Notes: generated by a model from the letters alone, not told the origin. DNA of 64,000 nt from an uncultured Gammaproteobacteria bacterium (GCA_964639785.1 CAZXEE010000001.1:314556-378555); one strand, 5' to 3'; shown: positions 30,644 through 40,915, counted from the stretch's first letter. Translations and numbers: made by a program.

Positions 30644-30903
30644 ACAGTTTAGTTACAATTTAATATCGTTCTTTGTTTATTTAATGCATTAAAATTTCAA
30701 CTTTATTTGTCGTTCTTTCAAATGAGGACTTCGGAAGCTTCATTAGCAGCGTTATTAGTCGATTGAGCTTAGACTCCTACATGGATAGCTCTAATATCGA
30801 ATTTAAAAAAATTCTAACCTCGCCGATCAAGCCTTCTTAAATCCTGCTCGCTCCTTGCAAAAATTTTCAAACAATCCCTAGTAGCTCATGCTAGGGATTT
30901 TTT
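30644..30903 (+). ncRNA. Candidate small RNA (or micro-ORF transcript)
   Basis: Promoter at 30609, internal hairpins, terminator at 30874-30903, only ORFs of 19 aa or less seen on + strand. Confidence 0.35.
30874..30903. terminator. Terminator hairpin
   Basis: AATCCCTAG..CTAGGGATT followed by T-run on +; also abuts the rnhB stop. Confidence 0.75.
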
Positions 30904-31528
30904 ATTTTCCAAACATATCCTTGATGGGAGCGAAGCTGCGGCGATGGATAGGGGAGGGGCCATGTTCCATTATCTTGGCGAGGTGGAGCTTGGTGCCATA
31001 GCCTTTATGTTGGGAGAAATTATATCCCGGATATTTCTTATCCAATTCATCCATCAGGTAATCTCGGCTGACTTTGGCGATGATGGAAGCGGCGGCGATA
31101 CAGAAGATCTTGCTGTCGCCTTGGATGATAGTTTCTTGGGAAATCTTCAGGCGCGGGATGCGCAGGTTGCCATCGACCAGAATGTAGTCTGGGGCAACAG
31201 CGGTTTGGTCAATAGCTTTCTTCATGGCCAAAAAGGTCGCTTGGAGGATATTTATCCGATCGATGGTCTGATGGCTGGCGACTCCGATGGTGACGGCTGT
31301 AGATCTTTCTTTGATGAGGGCAAAAGCTTTTTCGCGTTGTTTGGCGGACAGCTTTTTAGAATCTCGGATCAGCTCTAATTCTTCCGGAGAGATAGAGAAG
31401 TCTTGTCCGATTGTGACGCAGGCGGCTACGACCGGTCCGGCCAAGGGGCCACGACCAGCTTCATCAATGCCGGCAATCAGCTTGTATCCGCTTTGGAAAA
31501 GCTCTTGTTCTTTATCTAGGTTTATCAT
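30902..31528 (-). CDS. rnhB: Ribonuclease HII
   Basis: GIDEAGRGPLAGPV, DSKKL, VDG, GD..IAAASIIAKV.RD, HKGYGT, HRRSF. Confidence 0.96.
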   Translation of the reverse strand: MINLDKEQELFQSGYKLIAGIDEAGRGPLAGPVVAACVTIGQDFSISPEELELIRDSKKLSAKQREKAFALIKERSTAVTIGVASHQTIDRINILQATFLAMKKAIDQTAVAPDYILVDGNLRIPRLKISQETIIQGDSKIFCIAAASIIAKVSRDYLMDELDKKYPGYNFSQHKGYGTKLHLAKIMEHGPSPIHRRSFAPIKDMFGK

Positions 31529-31586
31529 GTTTAGAGTATAGCATAAAATGAAAAGGGCCGTCTTATTGCTAAGGCAGCCCATTTTT

Positions 31587-31916
31587 TTACTGTTTATTTT
31601 TTGTATTTTCCTTTATCCATTCTATAGCCGTTTCGGGGCTATAATTTTTGACGTCTTTGTCTGCCAGGTGAGGTAGCACTTGGGACATCACTTTGTCGGA
31701 TATGGTTAATTCTTCGCCAACTTTTTGCAGGACTATGGCATAGTTCTTCTTGTTGGTTAAAGTTTGAATCAGTTCTTCTTGGTTCATCCCGTCGTATTCC
31801 GGGTACTTAAAACCTTTTGTCAGGGCAACTTTGATCAGTTTGGTCTTTTTTTCTGCATCATTGTCGTCATGCACCGGAGGAACATAGATTCTTTCAAAGG
31901 ACAGCATCTCTCCCAT
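31587..31916 (-). CDS. Hypothetical protein
   Basis: ORF with promoter TTGACA-17-TATTAT (31989-31961, minus) and hairpin at 31551-31588. Confidence 0.6.
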   Translation of the reverse strand: MGEMLSFERIYVPPVHDDNDAEKKTKLIKVALTKGFKYPEYDGMNQEELIQTLTNKKNYAIVLQKVGEELTISDKVMSQVLPHLADKDVKNYSPETAIEWIKENTKNKQ

Positions 31917-32037
31917 CGTTGTATCGTTTTTTTGATTATTTTTCGTTTTTTATTTTATCTATAATATAATAATAATTTGAGTTTGTCAATCGGAATATTT
32001 TTTTGGTCTTAAGGCTGATTTGTGATATAATTACCTT

Positions 32038-32553
32038 ATGAAATTATATTATTTTTATGCTCTTTTGACGGCTCCGGGAGTCGTGGTCCATGAATTGGCT
32101 CATGCTCTTTTCTGCTTGTTGGGAGGCGTTCGGATCCACAAGATAAATCTTTTTCGTTTTCAGAGGGTGGCGGGCTATGTTGTCCATGAAGAGCCGAAAG
32201 GGTTCATGAGCAGCTGGCTGATATCTTTCGGTCCTTTGATCGTGAATTCCTATCTGGCGATGTTCTTCTTTGCCCAGGTCCGTCCGATCTATGATTGGCG
32301 GGACTTGCTATTTTCTTATCTTGGCGTAGTCATCGCTCTCCAGGCTATTCCGTCAACTGGAGATGCTGAGTCTTTGTTGAAATTAGCTAACCGGAATTTC
32401 TGGAAGAATCCGCTGATCATCCTGTTTTATCCTTTGGTCTTATTCTTGTATCTGTTGAACTTCTTGAAACGTTTCTATTTCGATTGGGTCTATGTCATTT
32501 TTTTAATTTACATCGGACATACTTATTTCATTCATTATATAAAATTACTATGA
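32038..32553 (+). CDS. Membrane zinc metalloprotease-like protein (M50-like)
   Basis: VHELAH in a hydrophobic segment, GP motif, PSTGD. Confidence 0.7.
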   Translation: MKLYYFYALLTAPGVVVHELAHALFCLLGGVRIHKINLFRFQRVAGYVVHEEPKGFMSSWLISFGPLIVNSYLAMFFFAQVRPIYDWRDLLFSYLGVVIALQAIPSTGDAESLLKLANRNFWKNPLIILFYPLVLFLYLLNFLKRFYFDWVYVIFLIYIGHTYFIHYIKLL

Positions 32554-33917
32554 TCAAGCTATCTTTTCATGGAGCCTGTCGCGAAGTGACCGGTTCTTGC
32601 AATCTGCTCGAACATGAGGGTCGGAAATTCTTGGTGGATTGCGGCATCTTCCAGGGTGAACGCTTTTCAGCGGAACGGAATATGGAAGATTTTCATTTCA
32701 ACCCCAAAGAGGTCGAATATGTCTTCTTGACCCACGCTCATGTCGATCATTGCGGCCGTTTGCCCAAGCTCTACAAAGACGGTTTCCGCGGTAAGATCTT
32801 TTGTACTGAACCGACGCGCGATTTAGTGGAGATCATGCTCTTGGATGCCGCCCGGATTATCGCTCACGAAGCGATGGCTGCCGGCCAGGAGCCGCTTTAT
32901 ACCGAAGAGGATGTGGCTGGCTTGATGAAACATTTTGAAACCTTGTTGTATGACCAGATGAATTTTATCGATGATCGGATCAAATTGAAATTCCGGGATG
33001 CCGGCCATATCTTGGGTTCGGCTTTCGTGGAATTGTATATACTGGATGAGGGCCGAGAAAAGAAGATTGTCTTTTCTGGAGACTTAGGCAACTCGCCTTC
33101 GCCGATCATCAGGGATTTAGAGTTCGCTGATGGAGCCGATTTCGTAGTTACGGAATCGACTTATGCCCGAGGCGTCCATGAGACCAAGGAAGAGGGCGTT
33201 AACAAACTGCGGGAAGCGATCATCGAAACAGTCGGTTTGGGAGGCGTGTTGATGATTCCGATTTTTGTGATTGAAAAGACCCAAGAGATTCTGTTCGAAC
33301 TTAATTATCTGATGGAAAATCACAAGATCCCTCGAGTGCCGATTTTTTTGGATAGCCCTTTGGCGATCAAGGCGGTGGAAATCTATCGCCAATATGAAGA
33401 CCTTTATAATCGCAGCTCTTGGAATTTGATAAAATCTGGCGATGATATCTTTGATTTTCCCGGATTGAAATTTACTATGACCAAGGATGATTCCAAGAAG
33501 ATCAACGGCGTCCAGCCGCCGAAAGTCATCCTGGCTTCTTCCGGCATGTGCGTGGGCGGACGGATACCTTTCCATCTGAAATTGAATCTGGATAACAAGC
33601 TGAACCATGTCCTGTTCGTAGCTTACCAAGCCCAGGGTTCTTTGGGCCGGAAGATATTGGATGGGGATAGGAGGGTCTTTGTCGATGACCAGCCGGTGGA
33701 AGTATTGGCCAAGGTCTCGGTGATAAATTCTTTCTCTTCGCATGCCGATGCGCCGCGGATCATGGATTGGCTCGGCCATATCAAGAGTCCGAAACCGGCG
33801 ACTATCTTTATTAATCATGGAGAAGAAGAATCGACTCAGGTTTTAGCGGAAAAGATCGAAGCAGAGCTGAAGGTCAAGCCGGTCGTGCCGGAGTATGGCA
33901 TGGTGTATGAGTTATAA
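32550..33917 (+). CDS. MBL-fold beta-CASP ribonuclease (YSH1-like)
   Basis: EVTGSC, THAHVDHCG, AGHILGS, FSGDLG, ESTY, FSSHAD, INHGE. Confidence 0.92.
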   Translation: MIKLSFHGACREVTGSCNLLEHEGRKFLVDCGIFQGERFSAERNMEDFHFNPKEVEYVFLTHAHVDHCGRLPKLYKDGFRGKIFCTEPTRDLVEIMLLDAARIIAHEAMAAGQEPLYTEEDVAGLMKHFETLLYDQMNFIDDRIKLKFRDAGHILGSAFVELYILDEGREKKIVFSGDLGNSPSPIIRDLEFADGADFVVTESTYARGVHETKEEGVNKLREAIIETVGLGGVLMIPIFVIEKTQEILFELNYLMENHKIPRVPIFLDSPLAIKAVEIYRQYEDLYNRSSWNLIKSGDDIFDFPGLKFTMTKDDSKKINGVQPPKVILASSGMCVGGRIPFHLKLNLDNKLNHVLFVAYQAQGSLGRKILDGDRRVFVDDQPVEVLAKVSVINSFSSHADAPRIMDWLGHIKSPKPATIFINHGEEESTQVLAEKIEAELKVKPVVPEYGMVYEL

Positions 33918-33935
33918 TTTAATTAAATAAAAAAT

Positions 33936-34274
33936 ATGAAATTAATCATCCGTTTGTTATTAAATGCCGTGGCGCTCTTGTCGGCTCCCTATATCATCAG
34001 CGGCGTCAATGTCGCCAGTTTCTATACTGCCGTTATTGCGGCTATCATCTTAGGCTTGGTTAATGCCATCATCCGCCCGGTTCTGGTCCTTCTGACTTTG
34101 CCGATCAATATCTTGACTCTGGGTTTATTTACCTTAGTAATCAATGCCTTATTGGTTTTGTTTGTGGCTAGCTTTGTCAAAGGCTTTACCGTGATCGGAT
34201 TCTGGCCAGCCTTTTTCTTATCTTTATTCCTATGGTTAGTTTCCTGGTTCACTAACTTATTACTTCAAGATTAA
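33936..34274 (+). CDS. YvlD-like 4-TM 'phage holin' family membrane protein
   Basis: LGLVNAIIRP.L..LTLP.NILTLGLF.LVINA signature. Confidence 0.88.
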   Translation: MKLIIRLLLNAVALLSAPYIISGVNVASFYTAVIAAIILGLVNAIIRPVLVLLTLPINILTLGLFTLVINALLVLFVASFVKGFTVIGFWPAFFLSLFLWLVSWFTNLLLQD

Positions 34275-34278
34275 AACT

Positions 34279-34752
34279 ATGCCGGAAATTTCCAAGACTT
34301 ATAAATTACCGAAAGCCGTTTTGGCTTTCCATCTGTTCCGGATAACTATTGTCTGGCTTCTGGGCGTAGTTCCGGTCTGGCTCTTGAGCCATGATTGGAA
34401 AGCCACCTTATCCCTGGCTGTTATCCTGCTAATCATGGGGGTAGTCGTTTTCTTTGTCGCTTATCTGGAATATTATTATTTCAGCATCGAAGTCGGCGTC
34501 GATAGCTTCACTATCAAATCCGGCATCATCGTCAAGAATATCAAGACGATAGCTTTCAAGTCCATCCAGAGCGTCGATGTCAGCTATGACCCTATCATCC
34601 GAGCCTTCGATTTGGTGCTGGTGAAGGTCTGGAGCTCTTCGCCGCAACAGTTCAATATCAATAACGGGGAGAGCAATAATCGGCCGGAGTTTTCTTTCTA
34701 TATGTCCAAGGAAGAGGCTGAGGCCTTGAAACAGGAAGTAGCTCGGCAATAA
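34279..34752 (+). CDS. Membrane protein with bacterial PH domain
   Basis: 2 TMs followed by IKSGII...KSIQSVDV...DPI.RAF. Confidence 0.75.
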   Translation: MPEISKTYKLPKAVLAFHLFRITIVWLLGVVPVWLLSHDWKATLSLAVILLIMGVVVFFVAYLEYYYFSIEVGVDSFTIKSGIIVKNIKTIAFKSIQSVDVSYDPIIRAFDLVLVKVWSSSPQQFNINNGESNNRPEFSFYMSKEEAEALKQEVARQ

Positions 34753-34753
34753 T

Positions 34754-35062
34754 ATGAAAGGGCATAAGATCCGCATACCGAAGAGGAACAAGTATCAGAA
34801 GCTGGTGGAAGCTACCATTGATTTGCATGGGATGTACCAAGTGGAGGCAGAAGAAGCGGTGCTTGATTTTTTGGATGATTCTCGGAAACGAGGTTGTCGC
34901 TTGGTCCGCATCATTCCGGGTAAGGGAATCCATTCGGCTGATGGTTATGGCGTCTTGAACACCTTGGTTAGGAATATCTTGAATGACCGAGGCTATCGCT
35001 TTAGCTCGGCTAAGATCAATGAAGGCGGTGATGGAGCTTTGGATGTCGATTTAACCAGATAA
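34754..35062 (+). CDS. Smr domain protein
   Basis: IDLHG, IIPGKG.HS, GVL, GGDGA. Confidence 0.9.
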   Translation: MKGHKIRIPKRNKYQKLVEATIDLHGMYQVEAEEAVLDFLDDSRKRGCRLVRIIPGKGIHSADGYGVLNTLVRNILNDRGYRFSSAKINEGGDGALDVDLTR

Positions 35063-35065
35063 TAT

Positions 35066-35767
35066 ATGGCAAAGACTAAGATTGAAGCAGAATTGAAGGC
35101 TTGGGCTAATCCGGAAAAAGCGGTTGTCCTGTCATATTTTTTCAAGACAGGTAAAGGGCAATATGGCGAAGGAGACGTTTTTTGGGGAGTGATGGTGCCA
35201 CAGCAGAGGTTGGTGGCTAAGGATAATCTGACGGCCAGCTTGGATGATTTACAGAAGCTGTTAGATTCCAAGGTCCATGAATTGCGCCTGACGGCTCTTT
35301 TGGTCCTGACCTATCAGAACGAGAAGGCTAGCCCAGCGGAAAGGAAGGCTTTCGTTGACTTTTACCTGAGAAACACTAATAATATAAACAATTGGGACCT
35401 GGTTGACCTGTCAGCTCCGAAGATTCTAGGCGGCTATCTGCTAGATCGGGATCGGAGAGTACTATATCGTCTGGCTAAATCCCAAAACCTGTGGGAGCGG
35501 CGCATAGCGATCATCTCTACTTTAACCTTTATCCGTAATAATGAGTTTACTGACACCTTGAAGATTGCCGAGATGCTCTTGTCTGACAGCCATGACTTGA
35601 TCCAGAAAGCGGTCGGTTGGATGCTCCGGGAAGTAGGGAAGAAGGATGCGGTGACCGAGATTGGATTCTTGGAGAAGCACGCCACCAAGATGCCGCGGAC
35701 GATGCTGCGTTATGCGATTGAAAGGTTTCCGGAGAAGCAGCGGAAGGAATTTTTAAATAAAAAATAA
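35066..35767 (+). CDS. DNA alkylation repair enzyme (AlkD-like)
   Basis: FFKTGKGQYGEGD, NNWDLVD, WERR, KAVGWMLRE, MPRTMLRYAIE. Confidence 0.9.
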   Translation: MAKTKIEAELKAWANPEKAVVLSYFFKTGKGQYGEGDVFWGVMVPQQRLVAKDNLTASLDDLQKLLDSKVHELRLTALLVLTYQNEKASPAERKAFVDFYLRNTNNINNWDLVDLSAPKILGGYLLDRDRRVLYRLAKSQNLWERRIAIISTLTFIRNNEFTDTLKIAEMLLSDSHDLIQKAVGWMLREVGKKDAVTEIGFLEKHATKMPRTMLRYAIERFPEKQRKEFLNKK

Positions 35768-35777
35768 TTTAAATAAT

Positions 35778-36764
35778 ATGGGACAAGAATTCAAGATGGT
35801 CGGTAAAATCGACTTGAGCCAATTTGATAAGTACAAGAAACCGGAGAAGTCAGCTAAGCCAGAGAAGGAAGATTATAGCGAAATGCTGAACTCCAAACTG
35901 AAGTCCATGTCCGAAAAGATCAATGATGAATTTGGCTATTTCCTAAACAGCGACGGTTCGGTGGCTATGGATAGTCCGAATTACAAATTTTTGGATAAGG
36001 CTGATGACTTGGAATTCATCAAGGGCAAGGAAGAAGTTTTTGCGGCCAAGGTGAATAAGACCAGGGAAGAATGGACCAGCGACCGGGAAAAAGCTCGCGG
36101 TATCGTAACCGAAAAGGCTATCACCTTGATCTTGAATAAGATCTTGGGCGATGATTTCATCATTGCCCGGACTGCTACCTATGATGACTACCGCCATGGC
36201 GTCGACACCCTGATTATCGATAAGAACACCGGATCTCCGATCTGCGGTGTGGATGAGATGGGAGCTGATGATGCCCATAGCTATCACCACAAAGGCCAGA
36301 AGATCTTCGATATTATCAAACATAATGGCGCTTATGTTAAATATGGCGCTACTTTCAAGCGGGGCGAATTACAATGGAAATCAGTCAAGAATGTCCCGGC
36401 TTTCTATCTGTCATTGGATGAGAATGATTTGGAAAAAGTTTTGCCGGCCATTGCCAACGAGGAGATTTCTGAAACTGAAATTAACATCTTCCAACGGACA
36501 TTGCATTCTTTCGACCAACAAATCACTACTCTCTATAAGGATCACATCAATTTAGATGATGACCTTTTCGCTACTAGGAATAAGCTGCTCGCCGAACAGG
36601 AAGACCTCAAGGATACCTTCGGCGAGAAATCTTGGGGAGCTACCGACGAAGGACGCGATTGGAAGAACCGCATGGGTCAGAATAATATGCGCCTCAACTT
36701 ATTGAACTTCCAGAAATCATTGCAGCGCATGAAAGATAATTATCAAAAGATTAAGAAATCATAA
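35778..36764 (+). CDS. Hypothetical protein, possible PD-(D/E)xK-like fold
   Basis: EKAI...YDDYRHGVD...CGVD acidic motif arrangement. Confidence 0.5.
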   Translation: MGQEFKMVGKIDLSQFDKYKKPEKSAKPEKEDYSEMLNSKLKSMSEKINDEFGYFLNSDGSVAMDSPNYKFLDKADDLEFIKGKEEVFAAKVNKTREEWTSDREKARGIVTEKAITLILNKILGDDFIIARTATYDDYRHGVDTLIIDKNTGSPICGVDEMGADDAHSYHHKGQKIFDIIKHNGAYVKYGATFKRGELQWKSVKNVPAFYLSLDENDLEKVLPAIANEEISETEINIFQRTLHSFDQQITTLYKDHINLDDDLFATRNKLLAEQEDLKDTFGEKSWGATDEGRDWKNRMGQNNMRLNLLNFQKSLQRMKDNYQKIKKS

Positions 36765-36767
36765 TTT

Positions 36768-38138
36768 ATGTCCGAATTATTCCTATACAATACTCTGAGC
36801 CGGCAATTAGAGAAATTCATGCCGATCGATGAAGGATCGGTCGGCCTCTATACTTGCGGCCCGACAGTTTATAATTTTGCCCACATCGGCAATCTGAGAA
36901 CTTATCTTTTTGAGGATGTCTTGAAACGGACCCTGAGATATAACGGATATGGCGTGAAGCATGTCATGAACATCACTGATGTCGGCCACTTGGTGGGCGA
37001 TATGGATGGCGGGGAAGACAAGATGGAAGAAGGTTCGAAACGGGAGGGCCGGAGCGCTTGGGAGATAGCTGAATTCTATACGGCCGCTTTCCGGAAAGAC
37101 TTGGCCGCTTTGAATATCGTTGAGCCGGATATCTGGTGCAAGGCGACTGATAATATCCCGGAACAGATCGCTTTGGTCAAGACTCTGGAAGAGAAGGGCT
37201 ATGCGTATAAAGCTTCTGACGGAGTCTATTTTGATACGTCTAAATTTCCTCAATATAATAAGCTGAGCCACTTGAATCTGGATGAATTGCAGGAAGGGGC
37301 TCGGGTAGAGAAGAACGAATCCAAGAAGAATACGACCGATTTCGCTTTATGGAAATTCTCACCTCAGGGCCAGAAACGCCAGATGGAATGGGAATCCCCG
37401 TGGGGCATCGGTTTTCCGGGTTGGCATATCGAATGTTCGGCAATGAGCTTGAAATACCTGGGAAAGAATCTGGATATCCATTGCGGCGGCATCGACCATA
37501 TTAATGTTCATCACACTAATGAGATCGCCCAGAGCGAAGCGGCTACCGGAGAGAAGTTTTTTAATTATTGGATGCATGGCGCTTTCTTGAATATTGCCGG
37601 AGGCAAAAAGATGGCCAAGAGCGACGGCAATTTTCTGACCATCGACAATGCTTTTATCCAGAAGGGAATCAACCCTCTCGCTTATCGTTATGCTATGCTC
37701 AGTGTCCATTATCGCAAGCCGATGGAATATAGCGAAGAGATCATCAAGAATGCGGAGAATGGCTTGAACCACCTGCGCCATCAGGTAAGTGATTTGGGAG
37801 CCGAGGTGGGAGAGATTAACAAGGAATATAAATATCGTTTCTTGGAAGCTATTAATGATGACTTAAACCTGCCTCAGTCTTTGGCTGTAGTTTCTGAAAT
37901 GCTGAAATCGAAACTGAGCAATGCTGACAAGCTGGCAACCATTATCGATTTCGATTCAGTCCTAGGCTTGGAATTAGTGGAAAAGATTCCGGATGAAATA
38001 TTAGCTTTGGCCAATGAGCGGGAAGAAGCTCGGGCTAGCAAGGATTGGTCGCGGTCGGATGAATTGCGGCAAGTGATCGAGGAACAGGGCTATCTGCTGA
38101 AAGACGGACCGGGCGGATTTACTTTGATGAAAAAATAA
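36768..38138 (+). CDS. cysS: Cysteine--tRNA ligase
   Basis: [25 protein letters not shown]. Confidence 0.97.
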   Translation: MSELFLYNTLSRQLEKFMPIDEGSVGLYTCGPTVYNFAHIGNLRTYLFEDVLKRTLRYNGYGVKHVMNITDVGHLVGDMDGGEDKMEEGSKREGRSAWEIAEFYTAAFRKDLAALNIVEPDIWCKATDNIPEQIALVKTLEEKGYAYKASDGVYFDTSKFPQYNKLSHLNLDELQEGARVEKNESKKNTTDFALWKFSPQGQKRQMEWESPWGIGFPGWHIECSAMSLKYLGKNLDIHCGGIDHINVHHTNEIAQSEAATGEKFFNYWMHGAFLNIAGGKKMAKSDGNFLTIDNAFIQKGINPLAYRYAMLSVHYRKPMEYSEEIIKNAENGLNHLRHQVSDLGAEVGEINKEYKYRFLEAINDDLNLPQSLAVVSEMLKSKLSNADKLATIIDFDSVLGLELVEKIPDEILALANEREEARASKDWSRSDELRQVIEEQGYLLKDGPGGFTLMKK

Positions 38139-38141
38139 TCT

Positions 38142-39071
38142 ATGGCGTCTAATTTTTGGAAAAAACTGAAAACCCCGATCTTGGCTATGGCGCCTCTGGC
38201 TGGATTGACTGACAGTCCGTTCCGGATTTTGGTTAAGAAATATGGAGCCGATGTCCTTTACAGCGAGATGGCTAGCGCGACCGCTTTGTTCTATAATCCG
38301 AAAGAGACATTGGAACTTTTGCAATTTACCAAGACCGAGCGTCCTTACGTCGTCCAATTGTTCGGTTCCGATCCGGAACATTTTGCTGTAGCTACGAAGA
38401 TTATTAGCCAGAAGGTTAAGCCGGATGGAATAGATATTAATTTCGGCTGTCCGGTCAAGAAGGTTACCAAACAGGGAGCCGGCTCAGCCTTGATGGCTGA
38501 TCTGGAAAGATCCAGAGCTGTGATCGAAGCGGTTTTGCAGAATACCAAGCTGCCGGTATCGATCAAGGTCCGGACCCAATCCGGCAAGGTAAAGTTGAAA
38601 GATTTTTTACAGAATATTTCTGATCTTAAGATATCGGCTCTAATGATCCATGGCCGGACATTGAAGCAAGGATTCAACGGCGCTATTGACCTGAAAGCTA
38701 TCAAGGAGGCTCGCCAATATTTTTCCGGGGTAATCCTGGCTAATGGCGGAATCAATGATCGAGCGGAGATGGAAAGGGTTCTGGCGGAAACTGGAGCTGA
38801 CGGTGTCGGTATCGGCCGAGGAGCCTTGGGTCATCCTTGGATATTCAAAGAACTGAAGAATCCGAAATTCAAGCTGAGCCAGGAACAAATCTTCCAATTG
38901 GCTTGGCGCCATTCTAAGTTAATGTTCAAACAGAAGGGGCAAGCCGGGATACTGGAAATGCGTAAGCATCTCTGCTGGTATGTCAGCGGCTTATCCGGAG
39001 CCCGGAAGTTGCGGGAGAAGATGGTCCGGGTGGAGAGCTTGGAGGATATAAGAAAAGTATTATCTTTATAA
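38142..39071 (+). CDS. tRNA-dihydrouridine synthase (DusB-like)
   Basis: APLAG.TD, DINFGCP, IHGRT, ANGGI, IGRG. Confidence 0.92.
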   Translation: MASNFWKKLKTPILAMAPLAGLTDSPFRILVKKYGADVLYSEMASATALFYNPKETLELLQFTKTERPYVVQLFGSDPEHFAVATKIISQKVKPDGIDINFGCPVKKVTKQGAGSALMADLERSRAVIEAVLQNTKLPVSIKVRTQSGKVKLKDFLQNISDLKISALMIHGRTLKQGFNGAIDLKAIKEARQYFSGVILANGGINDRAEMERVLAETGADGVGIGRGALGHPWIFKELKNPKFKLSQEQIFQLAWRHSKLMFKQKGQAGILEMRKHLCWYVSGLSGARKLREKMVRVESLEDIRKVLSL

Positions 39072-39073
39072 CT

Positions 39074-39430
39074 ATGATTCTATACATCGATACTTCAGAT
39101 CGGAGCCGGATCAATATCGCTTTGAGGCTGAAGGACAAAAACATCGTTTCGAAATCTTTCTTGGCCCAGCAGAAGCAGGCCGAGAGATTATTGGTAGAAA
39201 TCGACAAACTGCTCGCCAAGGCTGGCAAGAAGCTGAAGGACTTGGAGCAGATTGAGGTCATGGAAAAGGGCAGCAGCTTTACAGCTTTGCGGATCGGCGT
39301 TTTGACCGCCAATGCCTTGGCTTTTGCCTTACAGATTCCGGTAGTTCCGGCGATGGGACAAAAAGCTTTAACTAAAAAAGGAGTCAAAGTAGTGGCGCCG
39401 GAATATGACCGGATGCCTAATATTGGTTAA
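39074..39430 (+). CDS. tsaB: Short TsaB (t6A biosynthesis), N-terminal half only
   Basis: ILYIDTS, GSSFTALRIG..ANALA. Confidence 0.8.
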   Translation: MILYIDTSDRSRINIALRLKDKNIVSKSFLAQQKQAERLLVEIDKLLAKAGKKLKDLEQIEVMEKGSSFTALRIGVLTANALAFALQIPVVPAMGQKALTKKGVKVVAPEYDRMPNIG

Positions 39431-39435
39431 TTTAT

Positions 39436-40908
39436 ATGAAAAAATTTCTCATTTCCATCTTGATAGCTTGCAATCTCTGGGTCTGGTTCCCGGTGGCTTC
39501 GGCTGATGCTGCCGGTTTATCCGGAAGGATCTTCCTCCAGGTCCAAGACAAGGGCCAGGCTTGGTATATCTATCCGGTCGATTCCAAGAGATATTATCTG
39601 GGCCGTCCTAATGACGCTTTCAATGTCATGCGGAAATTGGGCTTGGGAGTTTCAGAAAAAGATTTCTATTCCTTTGCTATCAAGCCGCCAAAGAATATCT
39701 TGGGCCGCATCATCTTGCGGGTCCAGAGCAGCGGCCAAGCCTATTATGTCGATCCGGTGAGCGGACACTTGAATTATCTGGGCCGTCCCGATGACGCTTT
39801 CCGGGTGATGCGGAATTTGGGAGAGGGAATCACTAATGCTGATTTGAATAAGATCGTTTTGGGATATCTGGGAGTCATTTCTGATACTCCGGTGCCGAGC
39901 ACGATCACTTTGACAGCGGATCAGCGCTTGGTCAAATTCGTGTGGAAATATGACGGCCGCAGCTATTATCTCAACGAGATTTTCAGCAAGAGCCTTTACA
40001 ATCAATATAGCTCTATGCCCCGGGTCCTGACTTATCCGGAAGGCCAAGCCCCGGCTAACCTGCGCGACAGTTTCTACGCTTTGTTCCTGGCTCCGAGAAG
40101 CGGGGATAATATGCTGGATAAGGTGGTAGCTGACTTGAACAAGATCGCCCAGATTGACGGGATTACCGGTGACAAGCTGATTGAGTTCATGATGGCTTTT
40201 GTCCAATATATCCCATATGATACCAGCAAGGTTAATAATACTAATGTCCCTAACTATATCTATGAAACTTTATACCGCAATTCTGGCGTCTGCTCTGATA
40301 AGAGTTTCTTGGCGGTAGCTATGTTGCGTAAACTGGGTTATGGAGCGGCCATCTTGGATTTCCCGGAAAACAAGCACTCGGCAGCTGGAGTTTCTTGTTC
40401 AGCGGCTGATGCTACCGGAAATTCCGGCTATTGTTTCATTGAAACGACCAATTTTTTCCCGATCGGTGTTATCCCTAACGCTCTGAAGTCGGGTCAAGCG
40501 GAAAATTCCAGCCAATTTGATGGCATTTTTGATGCCGGCCATTTAGGCAGCATGGAGGTTTATCAAAGGACTTCGGCTAAATCCTATGCCGGCTTAGCCC
40601 AGACCAAGGCCAAGGCAGACCTGATCAAAAAATTAGCACAGACTATAGATGGTGAAAAAACTGAGCTGAATACTATCACTTTAGAACTATCTAACGATCG
40701 GGCGGCTTTGGATTCTTTGCAGGTTCAGATGAATAATTACAAGAATAGCGGCGATTGGGATAATTATAATCGGTTGATTCCGCAGTATAATGAGGCGGTT
40801 AGTAATTATAACGACAAATTGGCTAATTATCAGTTGAAAATCGATATCTATAATGCCAATATCAAGGAATATAATAGTTTGAGCAAGGCCTTCTACCAAC
40901 AGAATTAG
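39436..40908 (+). CDS. Secreted protein: two ~60-aa repeats + transglutaminase-like domain + coiled coil
   Basis: Signal peptide; GRI(F/I)L(Q/R)VQ..GQA..YLGRP repeats; FVQYIPYD, GVCSDKS, KHSAAG, FIETT. Confidence 0.78.
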   Translation: MKKFLISILIACNLWVWFPVASADAAGLSGRIFLQVQDKGQAWYIYPVDSKRYYLGRPNDAFNVMRKLGLGVSEKDFYSFAIKPPKNILGRIILRVQSSGQAYYVDPVSGHLNYLGRPDDAFRVMRNLGEGITNADLNKIVLGYLGVISDTPVPSTITLTADQRLVKFVWKYDGRSYYLNEIFSKSLYNQYSSMPRVLTYPEGQAPANLRDSFYALFLAPRSGDNMLDKVVADLNKIAQIDGITGDKLIEFMMAFVQYIPYDTSKVNNTNVPNYIYETLYRNSGVCSDKSFLAVAMLRKLGYGAAILDFPENKHSAAGVSCSAADATGNSGYCFIETTNFFPIGVIPNALKSGQAENSSQFDGIFDAGHLGSMEVYQRTSAKSYAGLAQTKAKADLIKKLAQTIDGEKTELNTITLELSNDRAALDSLQVQMNNYKNSGDWDNYNRLIPQYNEAVSNYNDKLANYQLKIDIYNANIKEYNSLSKAFYQQN

Positions 40909-40915
40909 ATAAAAT

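Noticed and set aside
33117-33818. 233-aa antisense ORF and the many similar shadow ORFs
   Set aside because: They lie opposite well-supported genes and lack motifs; explained by codon bias
33936-34274. 'Phage holin' as a sign of prophage
   Set aside because: The YvlD-like family is commonly chromosomal; no integrase, capsid, terminase or lysin genes nearby
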